A DNA stretch of 64,000 nucleotides, taken from Dehalococcoidia bacterium (lineage in GTDB: Bacteria > Chloroflexota > Dehalococcoidia > Lucifugimonadales > UBA3495). Every line of letters begins with the position of its first letter. Within the stretch, counting starts at the first letter, position 1. Location: contig OZ220699.1 of NCBI GenBank assembly GCA_965116565.1, positions 57,837 to 121,836 of the forward strand, given 5' to 3'. A model generated the notes under the pieces. It had not been told where the DNA came from. It did no database searches and was given only the letters and a program-made list of their open reading frames with translations. The position numbers were made by a program, and so were the translations under genes. Shown piece by piece: positions 27,368-38,415 of this stretch.

Positions 27368-28705
27368 ATGTCAACTGAAGGAACCGCCGCGCGGGATTTT
27401 GTTCTGCGAACCGCGCGGGAAAACGACGTCAAGTTCATTCGCCTGTGGTTCACCGACATCCTGGGCAAGCTGAAGGGCTTCGCGGTGACCGCCGACGACC
27501 TGGAGGATGCGCTGGACCGCGGGGTGGGCTTCGACGGCTCCGCCATTGACGGCTTCGCACGCCACCACGAGAGCGACATGCGCGCCTACCCCGACCCCGC
27601 CACCTTCGCGCTGCTGCCCTGGCGTCCCCGTCAGAACGCGGTGGCCCGGATGTTCTGCAATATCCGCCATCCTCGAGGCCAGACCTTCGTCGGCGACCCC
27701 CGATACGTCCTGATGCGCAACCTGGAAAAGGCCGCCGAACTGGGCCTCACCTACAACGTGGGCGCGGAGCTGGAGTTCTTCTATCTGAAGAACTCTTCAG
27801 CCCCGGAACTTCTGGACCACGACGGCTACTTTGACCAGCTGTCCAGCTTCCCCGCATCCGACCTGCGCCGCGACACCGTGCTGAACCTGGCGGAAATGGG
27901 CATCCCGGTCAAGTATTCCCACCACGAGGGCGCGCCCAGCCAGCACGAGATCGACCTTGAGTACACCGACGCGCTGACCATGGCGGACAACCTGATGACG
28001 GCCAAGCTGGTCATCAAGGAACTGGCCCAACTCCAGAGCGTGTACGCCACCTTCATGCCCAAGCCCATGTCCCGCATCAACGGCTCCGGCCTGCACCTGC
28101 ACCAGTCCCTCTTTGCCGGGAACGAGAACCGGTTCTACGACGCCGATGATGAGCAGTACCTCTCCATGTTGGGCAAGCAGTTCATCGCCGGGCTGATCAT
28201 GCATGCGCCGGAGATAACGCTGGTGACCAATCAGTGGGTCAACTCGTACAAGCGGCTCATTCCAGGGTACGAAGCGCCGGTGTACGTATCCTGGACCCAC
28301 GTCAACCGTTCGGATCTTATTCGCGTGCCCAGCTACGAAAGGGGCGAGGAATCCTCCATCCGTATCGAGTACCGTTCCCCCGACCCGTCGTGCAATCCCT
28401 ACCTTGCATTCAGCGCCATGCTGGCTGCCGGTCTCAAGGGAATCGAGGACCAGTACCAGGTGCCCTCGCCGGTGGTCGGCAACGTGCAGGAGATGTCGCC
28501 ACAGCGCCGGCAGTCATTGGGCATCCGTACCCTGCCCTCCAGCCTGGGCGAGGCGATCACGCTTGCCGAGACCAGCGAACTGCTTTACGAAGCCCTCGGA
28601 GACCACGTGTTCAACAGCCTCATCGAGAACAAGAAGCTGGAGTGGGACGAGTATCGGAGCGAGGTTACCGACTACGAAGTCTCACGTTACCTCTCCACGC
28701 TGTAA
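27368..28705 (+). CDS. glnA: Glutamine synthetase type I
   Basis: FTDILG.LK, FDGS.I.GF, ELEFF, HHE.APSQHEI, TFMPKP, GSGLH.HQSL, NSYKRL.PGYEAP, RIEYRSPDP.CNPYL. Confidence 0.92.
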   Translation: MSTEGTAARDFVLRTARENDVKFIRLWFTDILGKLKGFAVTADDLEDALDRGVGFDGSAIDGFARHHESDMRAYPDPATFALLPWRPRQNAVARMFCNIRHPRGQTFVGDPRYVLMRNLEKAAELGLTYNVGAELEFFYLKNSSAPELLDHDGYFDQLSSFPASDLRRDTVLNLAEMGIPVKYSHHEGAPSQHEIDLEYTDALTMADNLMTAKLVIKELAQLQSVYATFMPKPMSRINGSGLHLHQSLFAGNENRFYDADDEQYLSMLGKQFIAGLIMHAPEITLVTNQWVNSYKRLIPGYEAPVYVSWTHVNRSDLIRVPSYERGEESSIRIEYRSPDPSCNPYLAFSAMLAAGLKGIEDQYQVPSPVVGNVQEMSPQRRQSLGIRTLPSSLGEAITLAETSELLYEALGDHVFNSLIENKKLEWDEYRSEVTDYEVSRYLSTL

Positions 28706-28723
28706 CGCTGGAGGCAACGCATC

Positions 28724-29026
<303 letters not shown>

Positions 29027-29043
29027 CCACAGGCGCGACAAGC

Positions 29044-29451
29044 ATGAGCAACCCCACCGAACACTACACCTTCGCCGACGAACCCATCGAGATAAACGCC
29101 GGACGGCCCACCAAGACTCTGTCCGTCTGGAACACGGGAGACCGGGCGATCCAGGTCGGCTCGCATTTCCACTTCTTCGAGGTGAACCGGGCCTTGCAGT
29201 TCGACCGGGAAGCCGCATTCGGGATGCGCCTGGATGTTCCCTCCGGCGCCGCGGTGCGCTTCGAACCGGGCGACCGCAGGGATGTGCCGCTGGTTGCCAT
29301 CGGCGGCGCTCGCCGCGTCCGGGGACTCAACGGCCTGACTGACGGCAATTTGGATTCGCCCACCGTGCGTGTCCAAGCGCTGGATGCCATGTCCTCCCGC
29401 GCCTTTGGCAACCGGCCGGGCGCAGACTCCAACCCCACCAACGAGGGATAG
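29044..29451 (+). CDS. ureB: Urease beta subunit
   Basis: [40 protein letters not shown]. Confidence 0.97.
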   Translation: MSNPTEHYTFADEPIEINAGRPTKTLSVWNTGDRAIQVGSHFHFFEVNRALQFDREAAFGMRLDVPSGAAVRFEPGDRRDVPLVAIGGARRVRGLNGLTDGNLDSPTVRVQALDAMSSRAFGNRPGADSNPTNEG

Positions 29452-29452
29452 C

Positions 29453-31171
29453 ATGGCCAGAATCAGCCGCCGGCAGTACGTGGAACTCTACGGCCCCACA
29501 GTTGGAGACCGTTTTCGCCTGGCCGATACCTCGCTGGTTTGCGAGGTCGAGCGCGACCTCCTCACCCACGGCGACGAGCTGGTCTTCGGCGGCGGCAAGT
29601 CGGCCCGCGACGGCATGGGACAAGCTTCTGAAATCACCAACGCCAACGGGGCCCTGGACCTGGTCATTACCAACGCCATCGTCATGGACCCGGTGCTGGG
29701 CGTCATCAAGGCCGACATCGGTGTCCGGCACGGCCACATTGTCGCGCTGGGCAAGTCGGGCAACCCCGGCATCATGGATGGCGTGCATCCCGACCTGGTG
29801 GTTGGCCCGGGCACGGAGGTCATCGCCGGCGAGCATCTCATCGCAACGCCCGGCGGCGTCGACTCCCATATCCACATGATCGCGCCGCAACAGGTGTACC
29901 ACGCACTCTCCAACGGAATCACCACCATGCTCGGCGGCGGCACCGGCCCCGCCGACGGCACCAACGCCACTACCTGCACGCCCGGCCCGTGGAACATCGC
30001 CCGGATGCTGGAGGCCGCAGAACCGCTGCCGGTGAACTGGGGTCTGCTGGGCAAGGGCAACGCCAGCGATCCCGCTCCGCTGGAGGAACAGATACGGGCC
30101 GGCGCCAGCGGCCTCAAGCTCCATGAGGACTGGGGAACCACGCCGGCGGCAATCGATACCTGCCTGTCCGTCGCTGACCGGATGGACGTGCCGGTTGCGA
30201 TCCACACCGACACGCTGAACGAGGCGGGGTTCGTCGAGGACACCATCGCTGCCATCGGCGGACGGGCCATTCACACCTACCATACCGAGGGCGCCGGCGG
30301 CGGACACGCCCCCGACATCATCCGGATTGCCGCCGAGCTGAACGTGCTGCCCTCGTCCACCAACCCGACGCGGCCCTACACGGTCAACACGCTCACCGAG
30401 CACATGGACATGCTCATGGTGTGCCATCACCTCAGCCCCCGGGTTCCGGAGGACGTGGCGTTCGCGGAGAGCCGCATCCGGCCCGAGACCATGGCCGCCG
30501 AGGACGTGCTGCACGACCTGGGCGTTATCAGCATGTACGCATCTGACTCGCAGGCCATGGGACGGGTGGGTGAGAACTTCACGCGCCTTTTCCAGACCGC
30601 CGACAAGATGCGCCAGTTCAAGGGCAAGTTGCCCGAGGACTCGCCCGACCACGACAACTTCCGCGCGCTGCGCTACCTGGCCAAGTTGACCATCAACCCG
30701 GCCATCACCCACGGCATCTCGCACCTGGTGGGGTCGCTGGAGCCGGGGAAGCTGGCCGATATCGTCCTGTGGCCCCTGGGCAGCTTCGGCGCCAAGCCAA
30801 AGATGATCATCAAGGGCGGCATGATCTGCTGGTCGGTCATGGGCGACCCCAACGGCTCCATACCCACCGCAGAGCCATCCTTCTACCGCCCCATGTTCGG
30901 CGCAATGGGCTCGGCGGTGAGCAGCACGTCGCTCACCTTCGTGTCCGGCGCGGCCTGCGAGGCTGGCGTTCACCGGGATCTGGGCCTGACGCGACGGATC
31001 GAGCCGGTGCGCGGTTGCCGGACCATCACCAAGCGGCAGATGGTACGCAACGACTCCATGCCGGCGATAGAGGTTGACCCCGACACCTACACGGTGCGCG
31101 TGGACGGCGAAATCGCCACGGTGCCGCCGGCGGAACGTCTCAGCCTGGCCCAGCTGCACTTCCTGGTCTGA
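29453..31171 (+). CDS. ureC: Urease alpha subunit
   Basis: [55 protein letters not shown]. Confidence 0.97.
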   Translation: MARISRRQYVELYGPTVGDRFRLADTSLVCEVERDLLTHGDELVFGGGKSARDGMGQASEITNANGALDLVITNAIVMDPVLGVIKADIGVRHGHIVALGKSGNPGIMDGVHPDLVVGPGTEVIAGEHLIATPGGVDSHIHMIAPQQVYHALSNGITTMLGGGTGPADGTNATTCTPGPWNIARMLEAAEPLPVNWGLLGKGNASDPAPLEEQIRAGASGLKLHEDWGTTPAAIDTCLSVADRMDVPVAIHTDTLNEAGFVEDTIAAIGGRAIHTYHTEGAGGGHAPDIIRIAAELNVLPSSTNPTRPYTVNTLTEHMDMLMVCHHLSPRVPEDVAFAESRIRPETMAAEDVLHDLGVISMYASDSQAMGRVGENFTRLFQTADKMRQFKGKLPEDSPDHDNFRALRYLAKLTINPAITHGISHLVGSLEPGKLADIVLWPLGSFGAKPKMIIKGGMICWSVMGDPNGSIPTAEPSFYRPMFGAMGSAVSSTSLTFVSGAACEAGVHRDLGLTRRIEPVRGCRTITKRQMVRNDSMPAIEVDPDTYTVRVDGEIATVPPAERLSLAQLHFLV

Positions 31172-31186
31172 TCGCAGGGAATCACG

Positions 31187-31897
31187 ATGACGGGCGATGC
31201 CGCGCGGCAGTTCCTCACGGCGCTACAGTTGGCCGATTCCTTCTTTCCGTCGGGGATGTACGCCCACTCCCAGGGCCTGGAGAGCATGGTGTCGCGCCGG
31301 TGGGTGAAAAGCCCCGACGACGTGGAGCGGTACCTGGGCAACCTGCTGGTGTGGTCCGTTCTGCCGTCCGATGGCGTGGCGCTGCTCAACGCCTATGCGG
31401 CGGTCGGAGACGGCGGTTTGGACACGCTGACCGAGATTGACTGGAACCTGCACGCGATGAAACTGCCTGAGGAGTTGAGGCTCGCGTCCTGCCACGCCGG
31501 CCGCCGTATCCTGGACGAATCGGCATCAGCGCTGGCCGACCGGGCGGAATCTTCCGTCTGCGCTCAATTCCGGCAACTGGTCGCGGATCGCCAAACGCCG
31601 GGCGCCGGAGCAGTCGCCCTCGGTGTGGTCGCCCATTCCGCTGGCATTGACGCCGAAACGGCCCTGCTGATGTTCAGCCATAGCTTTGCCGTAGGCGTGT
31701 TGGGCGCCGCCCAGAGGTTGACGCCGTTGACCCATTCCCAGGCCCAGCAGATTTTACATTCGCTGCATGAGCCGGTGGTCGGGCTGGCCGCCGAACTTGG
31801 CGCTCGGCACTGGCGCGATATGACATCGTTCACGCCCCAGGCCGACATCGCTGCGATGCTGCATGAAAATGACGAAGTGCGGATGTTCGCCAGCTGA
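31187..31897 (+). CDS. ureF: Urease accessory protein UreF
   Basis: LQLADSFFPSG.YAHSQGLE; C-terminal HE....RMFAS. Confidence 0.92.
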   Translation: MTGDAARQFLTALQLADSFFPSGMYAHSQGLESMVSRRWVKSPDDVERYLGNLLVWSVLPSDGVALLNAYAAVGDGGLDTLTEIDWNLHAMKLPEELRLASCHAGRRILDESASALADRAESSVCAQFRQLVADRQTPGAGAVALGVVAHSAGIDAETALLMFSHSFAVGVLGAAQRLTPLTHSQAQQILHSLHEPVVGLAAELGARHWRDMTSFTPQADIAAMLHENDEVRMFAS

Positions 31898-31925
31898 ATC
31901 GTGTGGGCAAAACCGGAGATTACTG

Positions 31926-32549
31926 ATGAGAAAAGTTCCCAGGATAGGTATCGGTGGGCCCGTGGGGTCCGGTAAAACGACGCTGGTCGAAAAATTGGTG
32001 CCCAGGCTGATCGACAGGGGCCGGCGTCCGGTGGTGATAACCAACGACATCTTCACCCGTGAGGACGCCGAACACGTTACCAACACGCTGCGGGGAGTGT
32101 TCGACGTTGGGCGCATTCGGGGCGTGGCCACCGGGGCCTGTCCCCACGCGGCGGTGCGGGAGGACCCGAGCCTGAATCTGCTGGCCGCTGAAGAGCTTAC
32201 CGACGCCTACCCCGATTCCGACATCGTGCTGATTGAAAGCGGCGGCGACAACCTGACGCTCACGTTCAGCCCGGCCCTGGCCGACTACCAGATCTACGTC
32301 ATCGACGTGGCGGCCGGCGACAAGATCCCCCGCAAGCGAGGCCAGGGCATCACCCAAACCGACCTGTTGGTGGTGAACAAGACCGACCTGGCCCCCTACG
32401 TTGGCGCTGATCTGGACGTGATGCGCCGCGACCTGGACACCGTCCGCGGATCATTGCCCTACGCGTTTACCAACTGCCGCGCCGGCGAAGGCCTGGACGC
32501 GGTGGTGGATCGAGTGCTCGATGCTGTCAGCGACGGAACGATCTGCTGA
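31926..32549 (+). CDS. ureG: Urease accessory GTPase UreG
   Basis: IGIGGPVGSGKT, TNDIFT.ED, GACPH, ESGGDNL, GDKIPRK, NKTDLA. Confidence 0.95.
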   Translation: MRKVPRIGIGGPVGSGKTTLVEKLVPRLIDRGRRPVVITNDIFTREDAEHVTNTLRGVFDVGRIRGVATGACPHAAVREDPSLNLLAAEELTDAYPDSDIVLIESGGDNLTLTFSPALADYQIYVIDVAAGDKIPRKRGQGITQTDLLVVNKTDLAPYVGADLDVMRRDLDTVRGSLPYAFTNCRAGEGLDAVVDRVLDAVSDGTIC

Positions 32550-33423
32550 CGCCGCGCCCCCGGCGCAAAACGGCCTGGCAACTCTGACGCTGGAACGGAG
32601 GGCAGGACGCACGCGGCTGACTCGCGTTCGCACCAGGCCACCTCTGCTGGTCCAGCAGGCCCTGTATCCGGACGAAGCCGTTCCGGACATGGCCTACGTG
32701 TTCCTGGCGAATCCCACGGGCGGGCTGCTGGAGGGCGACCGCCAGGAGATTTCCGTCAGCGTGGGTTCGGGAGCCAGAGCCCATGTCACCACGCAGAGCG
32801 CCACCAAGGTGCACACGATGGCCGAGGGAAGGGCCGAGCAGCGCGTTGAGCTCAACGTCGCTCCTGGCGGATATCTGGAGTACCTGCCCGACCCGCTGAT
32901 TCCCTTCAAAAACGCATGCCTGATGCAACGCGTAGATATAACCCTGGAACCTGGCGCAACACTGGTGTATTGCGACGTGATAACACCAGGACGGGTGGCC
33001 CGCGGTGAGGTATTTCAATACCGCAAGATCAGCAATCGCCTGGTCGTTCATCGGCAGCAGGGACATCCCACGTTTCTCGAATCCTTTGATCTCTCTCCGG
33101 TAAACGATCATCCAATGAGCATGGCGGTCCTCGGCGTGCCGGACCTCGTCGGACCTGATGCGCCGGGTGGGCGCACGTTCGGGTCCATGCTGGCGCTTTG
33201 TGATGCGGAGTCCGCGAGGCGTGTTATCGCGTCGCTTCGTGAAGCGCTGCCAGTGTGCGATGGAGTCAATGCAGGCGTAACCATCCTGCCCGATGGGAAC
33301 GGCGTGGGCGTCAGGATCATCGGATCCGACCGGTCGGCGGCTCAATCGGCGGCTGCACGCGTCTGGTCTATGGCGCGGCAGCAGTTGCTCGGTGTGTCCC
33401 CGCCCTTCCTGAGGAAATATTGA
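32521..33423 (+). CDS. ureD: Urease accessory protein UreD
   Basis: PPL, NPTGGLLEGD, TTQSATKV, LEYLPDPLIPF, PGR.ARGE.F, RKY end. Confidence 0.9.
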   Translation: MLSATERSADAAPPAQNGLATLTLERRAGRTRLTRVRTRPPLLVQQALYPDEAVPDMAYVFLANPTGGLLEGDRQEISVSVGSGARAHVTTQSATKVHTMAEGRAEQRVELNVAPGGYLEYLPDPLIPFKNACLMQRVDITLEPGATLVYCDVITPGRVARGEVFQYRKISNRLVVHRQQGHPTFLESFDLSPVNDHPMSMAVLGVPDLVGPDAPGGRTFGSMLALCDAESARRVIASLREALPVCDGVNAGVTILPDGNGVGVRIIGSDRSAAQSAAARVWSMARQQLLGVSPPFLRKY

Positions 33424-33676
33424 AACGAAAGGGCAAGCGCTTTGACCGCGTCCGGTGCGCGCAATGGAACAGGGCCGCCGACACCGGCCAATTCCCTCTG
33501 GTCTTCTACGCGTCGCCCGTCGCCGTGGGCAATCGCGCAAAGCCTGGACTTGTGTCGCCTCCGCGCGCGGGCGATCTCTGGACTGATCCGACGGTATTAT
33601 TCCAGGCCGTATTGCGATCATGACGGCCTCCCTTCGGGTAGACGCGCCCAGCTTCCTTCCGACGTTCTCAATGTGT

Positions 33677-33830
33677 TCAGGCCTCCTCCTCCAGGATGTG
33701 GCCCGCTGGCAAGGCCGGGTCGTGGTGGTGGTTGATGATGGTGAGAGAGCGACGCCCCTCGGCCCATTCGTCGTGTTGCTCGGCCAGCACCGCGCCCGCC
33801 AGCCGCCTTGCGTCGCCACGCCGTGCACCC
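33677..33830 (-). mobile_element. IS256-family transposase C-terminal remnant
   Basis: RLAGAVLAEQHDEWAEGRR matches the typical IS256 transposase C-terminus; the rest of the gene is absent. Confidence 0.7.
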
Positions 33831-34204
33831 GCCGCGTCCTCTGGCCTTGATCGGGGCTCTCGGGAAACGATCGAAAGACACTGGACAGCGGGTAGTCTCG
33901 TCTGGATGCGACGCCGTTTTGGGGTTAGAATGATCTGTGCGCAACTCAGCCGAAGACCGACCAATGCAGCCGGGCGCTATGGGCCGGGCAAACGCGCCTG
34001 GTGGGAATCGTTCCGTATAGCAATGGGAGTATTGGGGGGTGTGGCTGGCGATTCGGCAGGCTCGATTGCATGGCCGCTGATTTGACCGGTCAAACGGCGG
34101 CAAACAGGTTCAAGCCAATAAGGTTCCGGCCGGCGCGCATGAGACGAGCCGCAGGCACTACTCTGCAAAGGCTTTGACCGAAAAGAAATAGGTGGAGACA
34201 ACCG

Positions 34205-34615
34205 ATGCCAAAGATAATCCCGGTACCCGATGAACTCAGCCAGCCCTTCTGGGACGCGGTGAATGAACAGCGTCTGGTCCTCCAGAACTGCACCGCCTGC
34301 GACAAGCTGCAGTACCCGCCGCAGGCCGCCTGCCAGGTGTGCGGCTCCGCCGATGGGCTGGAGTGGAAAGAGGTGGAGGGCAAGGGCCACATCGCCGCCT
34401 ACATCGTCATCGAGGACGGCCGCCTGAACCGCCGGATGCTCGACCAGCCCTACAACCTTGCTCTCGTAACGCTGGACCAGGACCCCACCGTGAACTTCTA
34501 CTCCAACCTGCCGGGCGTTCCGGCCTACGAGGTGCCGGTGGGCGCGGCCGTGGAGGTCACCTACGAGGAAGTTGCCCCAGACCAGTTGATACACGAGTGG
34601 CGGGTGGCGCAATAG
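34205..34615 (+). CDS. DUF35/ChsH2-type Zn-ribbon + OB-fold protein
   Basis: PFW, CTAC..(YPP)..CQVC, G.G.I, PY.LALV.L, PVG..V. Confidence 0.88.
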   Translation: MPKIIPVPDELSQPFWDAVNEQRLVLQNCTACDKLQYPPQAACQVCGSADGLEWKEVEGKGHIAAYIVIEDGRLNRRMLDQPYNLALVTLDQDPTVNFYSNLPGVPAYEVPVGAAVEVTYEEVAPDQLIHEWRVAQ

Positions 34616-34667
34616 CCGTCATCGGAAATGCGCGCCGATTCGTGGATTAGAGACAAAAGGACGGATT

Positions 34668-35984
34668 ATGACCAGCAGCAATAACTTCCAATGGCGCAGG
34701 GACCGGGATGGCCTGGGCGTGTGGGAACACCGGGGCAAGGTGGCCATCGCCGGCTACGGGCATTCGCCGGTGGACCGGCGGTGGGACGAGACGAACCTCG
34801 ATGAGTCCCTGGGTGCTTACACCATCCTGGCCTGCGAAAAGGCGATGGAGCAGGCCGGAGTGACCATCGACCAGGTGGACGGCATCGTCTGCTGCGACAG
34901 CCACATCGCCGGCGGCAGCGGCGGCACCGCCTCCCAGTGGGCGCCGCGTCCCTACTTCGACCCTCCCTACGACTCGGAGTATGGCCTGACCCTTATCAAC
35001 GCCCAGTGGCTCATTGACACCATGGGCTTCAAGAACGTGAAATTCGCCCCCACCGGGGTGCCGACCATCGGCGAGATGGTGGGCATGGCCTCCCAGGCCG
35101 TGGGCGACGGCGTCTGCTCCACCTGTTTGGTGATCTATCCCACCGGCAACCTGGAAGGCCGCTACCGGCGAGGCGGCGAGAATGCCGAAGACTACGCCCG
35201 GGGCGCACGCCAGTGGACCGTGCCCTGGGGCAACCACGGCGGCAACGACTTCATCAACATCTTCCCCCACCGCCAGTACCTGATGAAGTACGGCGGCGTG
35301 CATGAGGACCTTGCGCCCTTCGTCATCAACCAACACAAGAACGGGATGCTCACGCCCTGGGGGTACAACGCCACCCACAACATCCAACCCATATCGGTGG
35401 AAGACTACATCGGCTCCCGGCCCATCCTGAATCCACTGCGCATCTGGGACTGCGACCGTCCCGTCAATGCCTCGGCTGCCTACCTGTTCACCACCGCCGA
35501 GCGGGCGCGGGATATGAAATCCCAACCCGTGTATGTGCTCAACCACTCCCAGCACAACTTCCCATTCCGCACCACCCAGCCCGACCTGGACGAGATGGAG
35601 ATGTGGACCGACCGGCAGGCCGCCCGAATGTACGAGGGCGCCGGCCTGGGCCCCGCCGACGTGGACATATTCAACCCCTACGACGGCTACTCCATTATGA
35701 CCCAGTTCTTCCTGGAGGGCTTCGGGTGGCACGGAGTGAAGAGGGGCGAGGCCCTTTCCTTCTACGCCGGCGACATCACCGTCAAGGGCCCCCATCCCTT
35801 CAGTTCCAGCGGCGGCAACCTGGGCAACGGCCGCACCCGTACCGCCATGTACACCGACAGCATCGAGCAGCTACGGGGCACGGCCGGCGACCGCCAGGTA
35901 ACCGTGCGGGCAGAGACTGCCCTGTGCGCCTTCTCCACTCCCAGCAGCGGCGGCTGGCTGATGCTGGGTAAGTATCCTTCGTGA
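34668..35984 (+). CDS. SCP2/Ltp2-type thiolase-fold protein
   Basis: VAIAGYG, PL..WDCD..V..SAA, AGLGP.DVD, YDGY, SSGGNLG; adjacent to DUF35. Confidence 0.8.
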   Translation: MTSSNNFQWRRDRDGLGVWEHRGKVAIAGYGHSPVDRRWDETNLDESLGAYTILACEKAMEQAGVTIDQVDGIVCCDSHIAGGSGGTASQWAPRPYFDPPYDSEYGLTLINAQWLIDTMGFKNVKFAPTGVPTIGEMVGMASQAVGDGVCSTCLVIYPTGNLEGRYRRGGENAEDYARGARQWTVPWGNHGGNDFINIFPHRQYLMKYGGVHEDLAPFVINQHKNGMLTPWGYNATHNIQPISVEDYIGSRPILNPLRIWDCDRPVNASAAYLFTTAERARDMKSQPVYVLNHSQHNFPFRTTQPDLDEMEMWTDRQAARMYEGAGLGPADVDIFNPYDGYSIMTQFFLEGFGWHGVKRGEALSFYAGDITVKGPHPFSSSGGNLGNGRTRTAMYTDSIEQLRGTAGDRQVTVRAETALCAFSTPSSGGWLMLGKYPS

Positions 35985-36074
35985 TGATTGCGGCCTGCGC
36001 CGCGATTACGACCCGCCGGCGGAAAGGATTGCTTATTCAGAGGTTCCCCAGCACGCTTCCGGCATAGACACAAG

Positions 36075-36107
36075 AAATGCCCGGCTGAGTGTTCAGCCGG
36101 GCATTTT
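36075..36107. terminator. Bidirectional intrinsic terminator
   Basis: aaatgcccggctga-gtgt-tcagccgggcatttt between convergent genes. Confidence 0.8.
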
Positions 36108-36131
36108 GCTGGGCGTGGATAGATCCTGACG

Positions 36132-36722
36132 CTAATCGGCGCCGATGCCCAACTCCGACTGCAAGTCTCGAATGGTCTGGTCGCGGCTGCGGGTCGGCGG
36201 ACGCACCCGCATGCCTATCGGCTCGTTTTCTATCTGCGGGACAACCTTGATGGCGACGAATACCGGGCCGGTATCCTGCATTATCTGCTCCACGTTGGTG
36301 GCGAACTCTTCCAGGTCGTCAAAGCTGTAGGCAGAGGAATAACCGGACTCCTTGGCCACGCCGGCGTAGTTGATCTCCTGCGCGTTGGGCACCGGCTGTC
36401 CTCCGGTCGTGGCGTAACACTCGTTGTCCAACAGGATGTGGCAGAAGTTTTCCGGCTTCTTGCCGGCGATGGTGGCCAGTATCCCCATGTTCATCAGCAG
36501 CGCGCCTTCGGAATCGAACAGCACCACCTTTTCATCGGGCAGTCCCAGGGCCAGCCCCAGGGCCGCCGAAGTGGTCTGGCCCATTGCGCCGCCCAGGTTG
36601 AGGTCTCGGTTCTCGTTGTCGCTGAATTCTCCCCAGCGGCGACCCGAAGTGCCGGTGGGAATTACGATGGCATCCCCCCGGTGCTCCTGGAATACTCGGA
36701 ATACGTCCTCGGCATGAATCAT
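36132..36722 (-). CDS. TPP-dependent decarboxylase beta subunit (ComE/phosphonopyruvate decarboxylase-like)
   Basis: GAMG, ALGLAL, DSEGALLMN.G.LATI, LDN.CY.TTGGQP. Confidence 0.85.
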   Translation of the reverse strand: MIHAEDVFRVFQEHRGDAIVIPTGTSGRRWGEFSDNENRDLNLGGAMGQTTSAALGLALGLPDEKVVLFDSEGALLMNMGILATIAGKKPENFCHILLDNECYATTGGQPVPNAQEINYAGVAKESGYSSAYSFDDLEEFATNVEQIMQDTGPVFVAIKVVPQIENEPIGMRVRPPTRSRDQTIRDLQSELGIGAD

Positions 36723-36839
36723 TCTGTGCCTCCGTTACGTGGATATTTTCTGCTCCGTAGTCCGCCCCCAAGCGAAGAAGACGTTTCGCAGTTGGTGAGG
36801 TGCCAACGGAACAATGATTATTGGTGAAGGGTCACCCGT

Positions 36840-37358
36840 CTAGCGGTTGAACCCGTGGTATTCGTCGCCCACGAGGATCGCAACCGGCCGCTTGGTGGCC
36901 CGAGCCTCCTCGAAAGCCGTGGAGATACGCGGACTGTCGTCGTTCTGCTCCACCAGGTAGTAGTTGATGCGAAAGGCATTCAGGAACGGCTCGGTATAGC
37001 GGGCCGCCGAGTCGGTTATGACGCCATGGCGGTTCCAGCCACGATAGCCCACTACCATTACCAGCGGGAATCCGGCGTCCAGGACCATGCCGCGGATCGA
37101 GTCGCCCGATTCCATCATGCCGGTGTTCTGGATCAGGACGACAGGGGTCTTGCCGGCAACCAGAAGTCCCAGGGCGATGGCAAAGGTCTCACCTTCGCGG
37201 GAGGCAGGAACGACATCCAGCCACGGCTGATCCTTCATCAACTCGTACAGGTAGTTGGTCTCGCTGTCGGGAATGGTCACCACGTGGGTGACGCCGTTTT
37301 TCTGAAATTCCTCTACCATGGATTCCGGGCTCAGGACCGCTGCCTGCTGTGTAACCAT
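36840..37358 (-). CDS. TPP-dependent decarboxylase alpha subunit (ComD-like)
   Basis: IPDS, REGE..AIA.G, LIQNTG, P..M.VGYRG. Confidence 0.85.
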   Translation of the reverse strand: MVTQQAAVLSPESMVEEFQKNGVTHVVTIPDSETNYLYELMKDQPWLDVVPASREGETFAIALGLLVAGKTPVVLIQNTGMMESGDSIRGMVLDAGFPLVMVVGYRGWNRHGVITDSAARYTEPFLNAFRINYYLVEQNDDSPRISTAFEEARATKRPVAILVGDEYHGFNR

Positions 37359-37584
37359 GAAAAATTCTCCTCACGTATGCTGTGAACCTGGCAGGCACGG
37401 TTCCCGACAACCTGGTAAAGACCCGCTGCTGCCGTTGGCTTTGCCGATTATAGTAACCCATCCCCGGAGGGTCAATTTCGGGATGTAAAGCTCGATATGG
37501 AACAACGCTGTGGCTACGAGTGGGCTGGCCTGTTGCGCTTCCCCGCCCCGAACGTCATATAATTGATTGCGCCAGGAAACGACC

Positions 37585-38415
37585 ATGACCACCATCAACA
37601 CCTCAGATGACCTGATTCGGCTGCTCCGGGAAGACCCCGCCTTCTACGCGGAGGCTCGCCGGCTCATTCTCAGCGACGAACTCCTGGCGCTGCCCGAACG
37701 TTTCGCCGCCCTCGCCAATCGGGTGGACAACTTCATGGGGGAGCAGCGCGCTTTCAACAAGGAACAGGTTGCCACCAACCAGCGCGTGGATCACTTCATC
37801 GAGGAGCAGCGCGCTTTCAACAAGGAACAGGTTGCCACCAACCAGCGCGTGGATCACTTCATCGAGGAACAGCGCGTATTCAACCAACGGGTGGATAACT
37901 TCATCGACGGGCAGCGAGTTTTCAACGACGAGCAGCGGAAATTCAACGATGAGCAGCGTGTTACCAACCGACGGCTGGAGACCGCCATTGGGGACCTCCG
38001 AGGCGACCAAGCCTACCGGATATGCCGGGAGCGCGCCGATGAGATCGCGGAAGAACTGGGTTTCAGCGTCATCGACATCATTACCGGACTACCGCTGCGC
38101 GAACTGTTCCGTTCGAACCCTCCGCCAGACTTCACCCCCGGAGACCGCCGCTCTTTTTACCACGCTGACCTGATCATGTGGGTGAGGGACTCCCAAGGCA
38201 ATCCCGCTTACCTGGCCGTGGAGGCCTCATACACTGCAGACGAAAGGGACACCAGCCGGGCGCTGCGCAACGCCGAGTTCCTGAGGCACATCACCGGCCT
38301 GCCGGCCCATGCCGCTATCGCCAGTCGCCAAAACGACCGGACGATTCAGGAACTGCTGGACGGAGAAACCATCCTCTGGCACCAACTCCCGGAGGACGCT
38401 TTCCGGCCCCAGTGA
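37585..38415 (+). CDS. Coiled-coil repeat protein with C-terminal PD-(D/E)xK-like domain (DUF3782-like)
   Basis: DDLIRLLRE.P....E.RRLIL..ELL.LPERF; EQR.FN repeats; ADLI...YLAVEASYT...D..RA.RNA. Confidence 0.7.
   Translation: MTTINTSDDLIRLLREDPAFYAEARRLILSDELLALPERFAALANRVDNFMGEQRAFNKEQVATNQRVDHFIEEQRAFNKEQVATNQRVDHFIEEQRVFNQRVDNFIDGQRVFNDEQRKFNDEQRVTNRRLETAIGDLRGDQAYRICRERADEIAEELGFSVIDIITGLPLRELFRSNPPPDFTPGDRRSFYHADLIMWVRDSQGNPAYLAVEASYTADERDTSRALRNAEFLRHITGLPAHAAIASRQNDRTIQELLDGETILWHQLPEDAFRPQ
37741..37866 (+). repeat. 63-bp perfect intragenic tandem repeat (x2)
   Basis: gagcagcgcgctttcaacaaggaacaggttgccaccaaccagcgcgtggatcacttcatcgag at 37741 and 37804. Confidence 0.9.

Noticed and set aside
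33424-34200. ureE, a nickel transporter or a riboswitch after ureD
   Set aside because: No recognisable motifs; only the IS256 fragment can be supported.
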